Part shown: positions 17,878 through 27,900 of the stretch, in pieces
Layout: every line of letters starts with the position of its first letter
Position numbering within the stretch: position 1 is the stretch's first letter
Virus record (IMG/VR): IMGVR_UViG_3300032225_001090
Location: 1-42,769 of that record
Reading direction: 5' to 3' (one strand)
Origin: a virus
Lineage: Duplodnaviria > Caudoviricetes
Length of the DNA: 42,769 bases
Program-made: the position numbers and the translations under genes
Notes under the pieces: generated by a model
The model's input: only the letters and a program-made list of their open reading frames with translations
What the model was told of the DNA's origin: nothing
Databases searched by the model: none

Positions 17878-18197
17878 TACATTCCGCCTTCTTCAACCAT
17901 CTTTTTCGTTTCTTGTAATAATAAACGACGACTTACTTTATCTTTTTCAATCTCTTTATGCATCTGATCCATCTTATCAAAATTATAATAAAAGAACTGT
18001 AGTGGGTGTCCACTCTTATTTATCTTAAAGTAATAAGTTAAAAGATCTTTAGCCCTTTCAAATCCTACACTATCAATAACATCTTGCATAGCCCACTTTT
18101 CACGAAACTTATTCATGGTTGGAACTCTATTATACTTTTCTTTATAAAGTAATTGATATAATCCAATTAGAACGTACGGCTCTTTCTCACTTGTCAC
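17877..18197 (-). CDS. Hypothetical protein
   Basis: 106-aa ORF coupled to dnaB. Confidence 0.7.
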   Translation of the reverse strand: MTSEKEPYVLIGLYQLLYKEKYNRVPTMNKFREKWAMQDVIDSVGFERAKDLLTYYFKINKSGHPLQFFYYNFDKMDQMHKEIEKDKVSRRLLLQETKKMVEEGGM

Positions 18198-18393
18198 GCT
18201 TTAACTCTTCTTCTACCTCACGAGTTTTATCAATTAGCTTGTTTTCAACAAACTTATAAACTCTTTCCGTGGCGGTATCAACCGTCTCACCCTGTCGAAC
18301 AGAATCTTCAATTCCAATTCCAATCTTAATACTCTCATAATTACCAAGGTTACGTGTGAACGATAAGTCTATCTTAACTTTTGTGGGTTCCAT
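18187..18393 (-). CDS. Hypothetical phage protein
   Basis: TRNLGNYESIKI motif; start MEPTK at 18393. Confidence 0.75.
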   Translation of the reverse strand: MEPTKVKIDLSFTRNLGNYESIKIGIGIEDSVRQGETVDTATERVYKFVENKLIDKTREVEEELKRDK

Positions 18394-18875
18394 TACTCCG
18401 CCTTCCATACTGGGACAAACTTGCCCTCTTCTGTTTTAGTATACAATATAATGTTGTGTTTGAGAAGAGCTAATAATTCCGTTTTTGACGGAAGCTCTAA
18501 TGAATGTCCAGCATCTAAAATAAATTGATGAAGATCTAATATGTCTTTTTGATTAAACATATATTTGCACCATTTAGAATCTGGATTACTAATTGGATAA
18601 ACTCTTTGAGGGCTTTTAATTTTGCCCTCTAAAATATAATCTTCAATAGTAACCTTATGCTTATTTAACATTAGTGCTACCTGAGTGGTAGTAAAAGCAT
18701 TTTCCATATACTTATTTACTTGAGAATAAGCATACAATACTCTTTTCCTATCAGGATAGCACCATGCTATTAATTCATCCTTTGATCGAGATGCTTTAAG
18801 AACCTTATGGATCTTATCGTTTAAGAAGAAATAGATGAATTTTTTTTGAACAGTACGTCTTTTGCGTCCAGCCAT
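18393..18875 (-). CDS. Putative DNA-binding protein (MerR/Xis-like HTH)
   Basis: FTTTQVALMLNKHKVTIEDYILEGKI. Confidence 0.65.
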   Translation of the reverse strand: MAGRKRRTVQKKFIYFFLNDKIHKVLKASRSKDELIAWCYPDRKRVLYAYSQVNKYMENAFTTTQVALMLNKHKVTIEDYILEGKIKSPQRVYPISNPDSKWCKYMFNQKDILDLHQFILDAGHSLELPSKTELLALLKHNIILYTKTEEGKFVPVWKAE

Positions 18876-19006
18876 TTTCCTAAAGCACTCGTTTCTTTAT
18901 TGATCATCCATCGTTTTCCGCACATTACGCAAAACAATTCCATATGTAGCTTTTGAGAAAATACTCTATCTACAAATACTCTGCCGTTACATTTTTTGCA
19001 CCACAT
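18821..19006 (-). CDS. Zinc-ribbon protein
   Basis: CKKCNG...CVMCG; start MWCKK at 19006 (TAATG coupling). Confidence 0.75.
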   Translation of the reverse strand: MWCKKCNGRVFVDRVFSQKLHMELFCVMCGKRWMINKETSALGKWLDAKDVLFKKNSSISS

Positions 19007-19806
19007 TATAAAGTAAACAGCTTTCCATCTACAACACATGTATAGTCAGGAGATACATGGATCATTTGAATATGAGGATAATCATTTACAATATGTGCAA
19101 TTGCAAATCCCTTTTGCCAATCATGGTGCTGCATGTATTTCATTCCTGGACCCTTTTCATCACACATGTGACCAAGTTCATACCCACGAAGAGTTTCTCC
19201 TTCGCCATTGTTTCTTAATTCATATGTAACCAAATGTGAAGCAATTCTATGTGAATGTCCTCTAATTAAAGATACCTGTAGGTCTTCCATGTCTTTTCTT
19301 ACCGACCCAGTTGCTGCAATTGAAAGTCCATGGTGTACGTGAATATCTCCAAAGCGGCGTTTTGGCAATTCATTATAATGAATATACTCATAGCCCAATG
19401 AATCAAGTCCCCAAAGTGCTTCTGGTGTTACTTCATTAATATAATCAGGTAACTTTGCATCCACATAATTAAAAATTCTAACATCGTGATTTCCTAATGC
19501 TGAAAATAATTGTGCATCTGGAAGCATCTCACGAGTTTTAGTATAAAAATCTCTTGCACCCTTTGCTTCATGTCGCATCATGGGAACAATAAGATCTCGA
19601 CTATCTGTTTTATGTAAATTTAAAAACTCTGCTGAGCGACCTTCTGTATATTTACTATAGCAAGCTTGATCGTCTGTATCGCCCAAATAATCTACAACAT
19701 CTGGTTTAAACCATTTCATTACCTTAAACCAAAGAGCAATCATTTTATCATCTTGATAAGGGAATTGCTGGTCGGATGATAGCATCCACTTTAAATCATT
19801 ACTCAT
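19006..19806 (-). CDS. Calcineurin-like metallophosphoesterase
   Basis: SDQQ, LGDxxD, GNHD, HHG, GHSH. Confidence 0.9.
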   Translation of the reverse strand: MSNDLKWMLSSDQQFPYQDDKMIALWFKVMKWFKPDVVDYLGDTDDQACYSKYTEGRSAEFLNLHKTDSRDLIVPMMRHEAKGARDFYTKTREMLPDAQLFSALGNHDVRIFNYVDAKLPDYINEVTPEALWGLDSLGYEYIHYNELPKRRFGDIHVHHGLSIAATGSVRKDMEDLQVSLIRGHSHRIASHLVTYELRNNGEGETLRGYELGHMCDEKGPGMKYMQHHDWQKGFAIAHIVNDYPHIQMIHVSPDYTCVVDGKLFTL

Positions 19807-19821
19807 TTATCTACCTCTATA

Positions 19822-19848
19822 TGAAAAAAGTCACGAGTGCGTGACTTT
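19822..19848 (-). terminator. Intrinsic terminator-like hairpin between tail and replication blocks
   Basis: AAAGTCACG-CACT-CGTGACTTT-TTT. Confidence 0.7.
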
Positions 19849-19849
19849 G

Positions 19850-19890
19850 ATGTTACACCTTAAGTGTAACATATTAATTTATACTGTCAA
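19850..19890 (-). promoter_or_regulatory. Promoter overlapped by 9-bp inverted repeat (operator-like)
   Basis: TTGACA-N16-TACACT with TG extension; ATGTTACAC-N5-GTGTAACAT at 19850-19872. Confidence 0.6.
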
Positions 19891-19892
19891 TG

Positions 19893-20309
19893 CTACGCAG
19901 TTACAATTCTTGCGTAATGTGCTATCCAGGAAACATATATCTTTTTAGATCCTGTGTAACCTGTTGCTTTAATTTGAATCTGTGGAGACTTACTAACATT
20001 AATAACTTGTACAGAAACATCAACTGTTTTAGATATACCAGATCTAACGCATGCTACAACATCTGGAATTTCATTTTCTGCATAAACGGTACCAAAATTA
20101 ATATCCTGTGTATATATTGTACCTGCAGTTACATCAACACTAAATGTTCCGCCTGTAACAATTGGAATTCTTGTTGTTTGAGTTCCATCTCCACTATTAA
20201 TTTGTGTTTGAAGTCTATTTGTAATGCTTCTAATTTCAGTAATCTGTGTTTGCAGATCATTTAATTTAATTGGATCTACTGGTTCACCGTCTTGAAATGT
20301 AACTGCCAT
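19893..20309 (-). CDS. Small tail-associated beta-rich protein
   Basis: FQDGEP..KLN N-terminus, coiled coil, INFG..Y..PDVV..VSWIA (H-lectin/gp53-like pattern). Confidence 0.55.
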   Translation of the reverse strand: MAVTFQDGEPVDPIKLNDLQTQITEIRSITNRLQTQINSGDGTQTTRIPIVTGGTFSVDVTAGTIYTQDINFGTVYAENEIPDVVACVRSGISKTVDVSVQVINVSKSPQIQIKATGYTGSKKIYVSWIAHYARIVTA

Positions 20310-20707
20310 TATAAATTATCTCCTATGTTGTGCATATTAGTTTCAATATCACTAACCTCTATAATCTTTGATCGATCAAGACCAAATTTATTAAAGATAT
20401 CTGGATCAGATATATGCCTTCTTTTATTTTGTGATATTAAATACATTTTACCATCTGCTATATTTTTTATCAAGGTTCCATCTCTAAAACCTAGTTTGCC
20501 TACAAGCTTAGTTGTAGATAAAGCAGATTCTGTAGCATTAACGGTTGGAAATGACCAACTATCTGCTGCTCTATCTGAGATCAACTTATATCGCTTACCA
20601 TCTTTAATCCAATATACGGCTTTTTCAGTTTTAACTGCTAAGCCAGATGGAAAATTAGTCGGCGATGTTACTGATTGAATCGGAGTATTCTTGAACCGCT
20701 TTATCAC
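20309..20707 (-). CDS. Hypothetical protein with two internal repeats
   Basis: GLAVK..VYWIKDGKRYKL vs GTLIK..MYLISQNKRRHI. Confidence 0.7.
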   Translation of the reverse strand: MIKRFKNTPIQSVTSPTNFPSGLAVKTEKAVYWIKDGKRYKLISDRAADSWSFPTVNATESALSTTKLVGKLGFRDGTLIKNIADGKMYLISQNKRRHISDPDIFNKFGLDRSKIIEVSDIETNMHNIGDNL

Positions 20708-20834
20708 GAGTGTCCTTTTCCTCAGTTAGTTGTGTTAATTCAGCACGAAGTATAGCTACCTGTGTCTCATAATTTGAGACAATTTCACCAATACGTTGCT
20801 GTAATGCAGTAATAATTAATTCTGCTTTTTCCAT
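20655..20834 (-). CDS. 59-aa coiled-coil protein
   Basis: Not in track; MEKAELIITALQQRIGEIVSNYETQVAILRAELTQLTEEKDTRDKAVQEYSDSISNIAD. Confidence 0.75.
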   Translation of the reverse strand: MEKAELIITALQQRIGEIVSNYETQVAILRAELTQLTEEKDTRDKAVQEYSDSISNIAD

Positions 20835-20851
20835 GCTTTAAACCGTTTCTA

Positions 20852-21067
20852 TTAAGCTAGTACTGATTTTTCAGATACTAGTGCTGCTCTTTTATCATTT
20901 AGATTTTCAAGCTTTTCATCTAGTGATGCAATAAGATCTGTATCTACTAATGATACAGCTTCGGCTTCAATTTTGTCAAGCTGTGCTCCGTATATAGAGT
21001 AGTCTAACCCTCTGATATGCTGATCGATAATAGCAATCTTTTCTTCATTTGTTAATATTGATGTCAT
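20852..21067 (-). CDS. Small coiled-coil protein
   Basis: 71 aa; AGGAGG RBS; TGCTATAAT upstream. Confidence 0.8.
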   Translation of the reverse strand: MTSILTNEEKIAIIDQHIRGLDYSIYGAQLDKIEAEAVSLVDTDLIASLDEKLENLNDKRAALVSEKSVLA

Positions 21068-21094
21068 TTTGTTCCTCCTTTCATATTATAGCAT

Positions 21095-21250
21095 TTATGT
21101 GTTTAATTTGTCTATTTCTTGTTCTAAAAAAGATATTCTTAAATTCATATCTTCAAAATTTACTTGCCCATTTGCAAGAGATTTTAAATGTAATTCAATT
21201 TTATCTTTTATTATATTTATTTTTTCTTCATTATTTAATTCATTTAACAT
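21095..21250 (-). CDS. 51-aa helical protein, paralogue-like to 20852..21067
   Basis: Not in track; MLNELNNEEKINIIKDKIELHLKSL...; AAGGAG RBS. Confidence 0.7.
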   Translation of the reverse strand: MLNELNNEEKINIIKDKIELHLKSLANGQVNFEDMNLRISFLEQEIDKLNT

Positions 21251-21258
21251 ATTTCTCC

Positions 21259-24200
21259 TTAACTCATATATGTAGTCAATGATGCTACAGATGAATCTCC
21301 ATTTGCATTATGAGCATAAACATAAATTGAATAATTTCCTGCTCCCGCCCAGGTTCCGTCATAACCTGGTCTCCAACTTGTTGTTGCTACATAAGATCCA
21401 TAGGTTGAATAGTTAACTGTACCACTTGGATTATAAACTGTAAATGCATAACCTGTTGCTCCAGTTGAACTCCAGCTAAAGGTTCCTCCTACTGCTAAAG
21501 AGTTATTTCCACTAACTGTTGGTGTTGATGGTGCAGATCCTCCACCGCCACCAGTATTGGTAATTGGACCTAATTCTGTTCCCGCTACAACTGATGATGT
21601 ACCAGCTGAATTTGTTGCACTTGCAAATGCTCTATAATATTTTCTATTATTTGCATCATTATAATCAGATAAAGGAATTGTATAAGTTGAGCTTGTTGCA
21701 TTTAATGGACCCGCAACAAGAGTTTCAGATGTTGCAACAAATTGAGTTCCACGATATAAATATAGAGCATAACTTGTAGGTGTGTTATTCCATGTACCTA
21801 CAGTAAATGTAAATGAACTACCTACATTAAGCCCTCCAGTAAGTGTAGGTGCTGTAGCATTTGTTGGTATTGAAACTGTTACTGGAGCAGCTAAAGTGAT
21901 TGCAGTTCTAGCATCATCAACACCGTCATTTGTTGTAAGTGATGTTGAGGCTGTTGAAATCATTGTGCTTGAATTTGTTCCAGACCAAGTATTAATGGCA
22001 ACTCCGTTATTATATAAAACTGTGTCAGAGGCACTATTATTCATAGTATTTTGAATAATATAGACTTCCGCTGCTGTTGAGCCAAATGTAAAATTAATTT
22101 CGTATTCTATTTTTTGATTAACATCACTTAATAATGCTCCTAAATATCTAATTGAATATGTAGTTGCAGTAGCATTAGTAAATAAAGATGTTTGTCTTAA
22201 ATCAGCTTCATATATGTTTAAATATCTTCCAGTAGTTGGAATTGAAATTGCACTAGATGGATCACTATTTAATCCTATAAAACCATTGGTTGATACATAT
22301 GCAATTGTTGATCCGCTAGTTACAGTAAAGCCTAATGGAATAATTCTTTTAGTTCCCGCTGCCTTTGGTCCTGTAGCAGTAGAATGAGTTGTTAAATTTG
22401 CATTACCAGATTGCCCCATACTATTTGCTGGGGTTAAAGTTAAATAATATGTTGTAGATGAAGATAATCCAGTATTGATAACTATTGGATTTGCCGTTTG
22501 TCCAGTTGCGGAAGCAATAACTGTTCCAAAATAAGATCCAGACCTTAAATCATAAGAATATGTATTGTAATCGGCTCCACCTGTTGTAAAAGGAATAGAT
22601 AAACTTGTTGCTGTTGTTGTTGCTGTTCCAGCAGTAATTGTTGACAAAACATACTGATTAGCGCTTGATATCATCTTAGTCCAACCATCATCCAATGAAC
22701 CTGAAGTAGTTCCTGCAGAATTATTTGTTGTATTAATAGCTTGTGCAGATATCATTAATGAATCTGGAATCCTATATTGTTTACCAGCTTGTCTAGAAGG
22801 CCACGGAACAATAGATAAAGATCCTTGAGTTCCATCAAAGTTTAATCTATATGTATATGCATTAGCAGTATCTCCTTCATCTACTGTATCTGTTGGTATC
22901 GTATATGATGGTAAACCATTTATACCATTTAACCATTGTGATCCAGTTAAATACATTCCTGGCATTGATGAATTTGGTAGGCTTCCACCTCTTCTGATAA
23001 TAGATACATCTGCATAAGAATTTGCTGTATTAAATTTAACTTGATAATCCATAGCTACCTGAGTGGTCAATTGTGGAGAAGTATATCCATAACTTCTAAA
23101 CTGCAAAACATAATTAGATGAATCAGACCAATATTTTAATCCAACAACATCTCCAGTTGGTTGTCCCTGAACTAAATCTGTTGGATATATTCCTAAAACT
23201 TTACCATTAGTAGATTGGATAACAGTAGTGCTGTTACCTTGATCAAAAGAAATATAGCCGTTTGTTCCAACATACATTGTATTTCCAAATGAAAATGAGT
23301 ATGCAGTTGGTGCAGTTATTGTTATATTAGATCTAGTTAAAACTTTACTATAAGATCCTCCATATGATCCAGTATTTGTAACTGTTAAAACAAAATTATA
23401 TGTTCCAGGAGCTATATATCCAGATGTTTGTGTAGATGCACTACTAGTAACATTTAATGATCCAGTTGCAGTTCCAGTCCATGATATAACTGCGGTGTAT
23501 GTTGGATCATATGCAATAAAATCTGATACGTATGTAAATTTATTTTGTCCAGCAGTTACAGTAAATGTATTAATAATAGGTTCTTTATAATTAACTAAAA
23601 TATTTGATCCAGATATTCCGCCAGCAGTAGATGTAATTGGACTAGAACCTGAAGCATTAGCAGAATTAAGTCCATATCCAGCTACAGATTCTCCATTTGC
23701 ATTTGATGCCCAAACAACTACATTTATAGCATAAACTGTAGTTGAAGTTGGGGCAAGATTTACTGCGTCATATGAGGCAGTTGTTGCACCAGTAATTAAA
23801 TTCCATGAATACCCAGAAGAGTTAGCAATTAAGACATACCATTGATATCTATATGAGGTTGGAGTACCTGTCCATGTTCCAGTATTTGTAACTGTATGAA
23901 CATAGCTTGATGCAGTTCTTGTAACTACTACTGTTCCCGCCGTTCCAACTGGAACTGCCCCTATAACTTTATTGAAACAAGAGTATCCTGTTTTTCTTCC
24001 AAATCCTTCTCCTGGTCCAGTAATTGTAGATGAATCCCATTTAAATGAAGCAAAGTCATTATCGCTACCGCTATTAAATACTTCTTGATTACAATATATA
24101 TAATTTCCTATATCTGCTGTTTGAACTGTATATGTAAGTCCAGCTCCAATATATGTTGCTCCAGTAGTATCATTATAATATCCGCCTGCTGATCTACTAT

Positions 24201-24927
24201 CAGAAATAGAAGCTGGAAGCGTAGATTTACGGTACCATTTTGTTAATGTTCTAGAAGATTCAATACTTTTATCTGAAGCAGTATCCCAAGTATTAGAGTA
24301 AGTTAAAACTTCCCCTACGCTTGGAGTAATAGTAAGAGCTGAACCTCTAGATCCTACTTGAATATCTGGATAACCAGTCACTAAAAGATCTGGTAAATTT
24401 TTTGCTACATATATTCTTCCATCAAATGAATCACCGCTTTCAACTTCTCCAAAATATGTAGGACTTGATACTGCAGTGCCTCTTATTCTAAAACTTAAAT
24501 ATTTTTTATCTAACCCTGAAGTTATAGCTAATTCCTGTGATGGAGATACAAAAGTTCCAGTACTTGATTGTCCTTCTCCAGTTGTATCTGCAGCAGATTG
24601 GACTCCATAGTATTTCCAAAAGTAAGTAAATGAAAGTGTGCCCCACCCATTAGCATCCCAGTCTAAAGTGCTAAATCTTCCAAATACTGATGTGCCAATT
24701 CTACGAACATTGGCTGAAGTTAAATGAGTAGATCCGCTAACCGTAGATACAATATATGGGTAGTCATTTGCAAAAGGACCTGATGTAGGCCAAATTCTTG
24801 TCCATCCGCTTAGAAGCTTCATCCAAATAGATTTAGGTTGTACCCAACCAGTATTTTTTTTAACATAGGCTTTTGTTGCAGTAGACCACCCACTTGCACT
24901 AGTTTTTACTTTAATAAAATTAGCCAT
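21259..24927 (-). CDS. Tail fibre / adhesin with Ig-like and repeated beta-sandwich domains
   Basis: 1222 aa, S/T/G-rich; GTWTGTPTSYRYQW and GTWNNTPTSY Ig-like repeats; two YV(G/S)TNG(Y/F)I domains. Confidence 0.8.
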   Translation of the reverse strand: MANFIKVKTSASGWSTATKAYVKKNTGWVQPKSIWMKLLSGWTRIWPTSGPFANDYPYIVSTVSGSTHLTSANVRRIGTSVFGRFSTLDWDANGWGTLSFTYFWKYYGVQSAADTTGEGQSSTGTFVSPSQELAITSGLDKKYLSFRIRGTAVSSPTYFGEVESGDSFDGRIYVAKNLPDLLVTGYPDIQVGSRGSALTITPSVGEVLTYSNTWDTASDKSIESSRTLTKWYRKSTLPASISDSRSAGGYYNDTTGATYIGAGLTYTVQTADIGNYIYCNQEVFNSGSDNDFASFKWDSSTITGPGEGFGRKTGYSCFNKVIGAVPVGTAGTVVVTRTASSYVHTVTNTGTWTGTPTSYRYQWYVLIANSSGYSWNLITGATTASYDAVNLAPTSTTVYAINVVVWASNANGESVAGYGLNSANASGSSPITSTAGGISGSNILVNYKEPIINTFTVTAGQNKFTYVSDFIAYDPTYTAVISWTGTATGSLNVTSSASTQTSGYIAPGTYNFVLTVTNTGSYGGSYSKVLTRSNITITAPTAYSFSFGNTMYVGTNGYISFDQGNSTTVIQSTNGKVLGIYPTDLVQGQPTGDVVGLKYWSDSSNYVLQFRSYGYTSPQLTTQVAMDYQVKFNTANSYADVSIIRRGGSLPNSSMPGMYLTGSQWLNGINGLPSYTIPTDTVDEGDTANAYTYRLNFDGTQGSLSIVPWPSRQAGKQYRIPDSLMISAQAINTTNNSAGTTSGSLDDGWTKMISSANQYVLSTITAGTATTTATSLSIPFTTGGADYNTYSYDLRSGSYFGTVIASATGQTANPIVINTGLSSSTTYYLTLTPANSMGQSGNANLTTHSTATGPKAAGTKRIIPLGFTVTSGSTIAYVSTNGFIGLNSDPSSAISIPTTGRYLNIYEADLRQTSLFTNATATTYSIRYLGALLSDVNQKIEYEINFTFGSTAAEVYIIQNTMNNSASDTVLYNNGVAINTWSGTNSSTMISTASTSLTTNDGVDDARTAITLAAPVTVSIPTNATAPTLTGGLNVGSSFTFTVGTWNNTPTSYALYLYRGTQFVATSETLVAGPLNATSSTYTIPLSDYNDANNRKYYRAFASATNSAGTSSVVAGTELGPITNTGGGGGSAPSTPTVSGNNSLAVGGTFSWSSTGATGYAFTVYNPSGTVNYSTYGSYVATTSWRPGYDGTWAGAGNYSIYVYAHNANGDSSVASLTTYMS

Positions 24928-24930
24928 ATT

Positions 24931-27900
24931 TTAACCTATTTGAAAATAGATACTTCCTTCTTTGCCCATTGTAGAACTTGGAGTTGCTGTCCCTGCTGAA
25001 ATCATTCTAACCGCCTGTGTAAGGTAATCAAACCCATTAAGAAGTTCTACATATCCCCGCATTCTTGTCCATGTAGCATTTATTTCCATGACTCCACCTG
25101 AAGGAGAATTTGACATTGCTATTTTAGCAGGATATGCAGTTGCTCCAGATGTAGTAACAGTTGGAGCAGACATTGTTAAACTTGGAAATGCATTAGTAAA
25201 AGTAGTTCCATCTGGGGATGGATCACTACTATTTAATGTAAGTCCAAAACCTACAGATATTCTACCATCACCAGTTGTTGCATCTGATGCTATTCCTTTA
25301 AACAAAATAGCATCTTTAGATAAAGTGCTATCAATTACAATTTTTCTTTCGGAAGCAGAAGAGCTAGTTTGAATTATTCCACCACTTATTGTTGTACCTG
25401 TTATACTTCCGCCAGTTATTGCTCCAGTTGTTCCATTAATTACTAATGATCCAGTACTTGACGATAGTTGACCAGAAGTTAAAGTAAATCCTGAAGTTAA
25501 ATTTCCGCTAGTATCATATGTTCCAAATCCACCAGACTCTGCTTTTATTGTTCCTCTGATTGTTGCACTATTTGCAACTATTGCTCCAGCATGTGTAACT
25601 GTAAATGGTGCAGCTGCTATTTGCAATGAAGTACTTGTACCAGATGTTGCTGCTGCTCCAGCCCAAAAAGCATAAGTATCACTTGCGGACATTCCAGTTG
25701 TTGATGATGCAGCAGCTGGAGAAACTGTAATTCTTGCATTTGAAGTAGATGACTCTAGCTTAACGCTTCCACCACCTGCAGCATTTTCTATTGTGTTTGT
25801 TTTAACTGTCCATCCTTGTCCTGATGAACCAAGTCTGGCTGCTTCTGTGGCAAATGTTATACCGCCAGCGGCAGCAGTTGAAATAATTTGTGTTGTAAGC
25901 AGTGGTGTTGCACTGTTATCATATGCAAATATTCCAGATGTATTCATTACAACTCTATTACCAGATGTTGCCGATGATCCAGAATAAATTGTTCCAGTTA
26001 CTCCAAGATTTCCAGTTATCGATGATGTCCCAGTAATTGTAACTGAAGATGTTATACTTACATTGGTTCCATCAGAAGTAATTCCAGTTCCTGAACCACC
26101 TGCTCTAAAAAGACCACTAGAATACCAATAGTTATTAGCATTAATATAAATACCATCATTTGTTGATTGAACAGCTTTACCAATTTTCATTGTTCCACTA
26201 TTTACTGTTAATGCTCCTTTAAGATCTCCGCTGTCTGCATTTATAACTCCATTAACAGTTAGAACGCCTCCAGTAGTAAATGATAGTTTATCTTTTAATG
26301 AGAATTGCCCAGCTGAATCCAAATAAAATCCAGTATTAGCATTATTAAATACAGCACCAGTACCGCTATATATAATTCCACCAGTTCCAACTTGAAATGA
26401 TTTACTTACAAATAAACTTGTTCCATTTATTTCATTTCCAGTAATTGTTCCTGCTTGAATAACATTTGCACGAATTGCATTTGCTGCAATGTCTCCGTTA
26501 TCAATTGCAGACGGTGCACCAGAACCCTGTGATCCAGCTGTTGCAGATCCATCTACATCTTTAGCAATTAGTTTTACATAGTAAGTTGTTCCATATGTTA
26601 ATGCAGTTCCGCCAATTGTTTTTATAATAGCAAAAGTTCCAGTGACTTCAAGTATTTTTGTAGACAATGACGGAGTAAATCCACTTGTTGTAGAGGCATG
26701 CACTTCATATGTTACTGTGTCAGCATTTGTTACACCAGTCCATCTTACTTCAAGTGCTCCATAGAGTGGTGTTACGGTTGGAGTTGGCGATGAAGATGGC
26801 GCTAATCCATCACTTAATCCTCCAGCAGTATTTGTAGTAAAATTAGAACTTGATGCAGATGAAGCAAATATGCCAAATTCGTCTTGCGAATAAACTAAAA
26901 CTTTATATACAGTTGATGCCGATAATCCACTAAAAGATATATTAGTGCTAAATGAATATTGAGTTTGCTGTAATGTATTAGTGCCTGCTGGGTCTTTATA
27001 CAACTCAACCTTGTATTTTGTAATTAAGGTTGGGCTTGATGCTGGAGCTGTCCATGAAGCCAAAATTCCAACTCCGCTATTTAATGCAGATACTGTAACA
27101 GATGTTGCTACTCCAGGAACTGATACAGCAGTAGTAGAATTAATATCTGTACTATATGCCGAATAATTAGAAAAAGAATCTCCTCCAGAAACTGCAATAT
27201 TATATTGAGTATTTGGTAACAATCCTTTAATTGTATAAGAATTTGATCCAGATACAACTGGAAGATTATAGTATGTATAAATAGATTCAATTGATTTTTT
27301 ATATCTTACATATACAGCTTTGGTATCTGCATCTGTTACTGTTATTGTTAATGGAATAGAATTATAAGTTGTTGTGCCTGCTGAAACAGATGGAACTCCT
27401 GGTGGTGTAGTATCTGTAATATCAGCAGATTTTGGAGTAACTGTTGCAACATTAGAATATAATGGAGACTGATCTGGATTTTTAGGATATCCGCCTACAT
27501 TATCATAAACTAATGCTCTTACCCATCTTTGAGCAATACTAGTTCCAGTTGATATTGTTGTTGGATTTGTAGACCCAAAAGATACTCTGCTGAATCCAGA
27601 TGTTGAACTAGTTAAAGATTCTTCTATGCTTATGTTATTAAAAACTAATTTTGCTTGATCTGTTAATTGATCAGTGTAGGCAACTTTATATCCTCCAACT
27701 AATTGTGTCAATGTTATAGTCGGAGCTGTTAATGGAGAAGTGTATCCAAGAGAAGTAAAACTGGAATGCAGACTTTCTATACCAAATATATCAACTGACC
27801 AAACTTCTCCAGAATATGAAAGAGAAGTTTGTGGACCAAAAAATGTATTTCCATCACTTGCGCTTAAAGAAAATTTTTGAGATGTAGTAGGCTGAACTGC

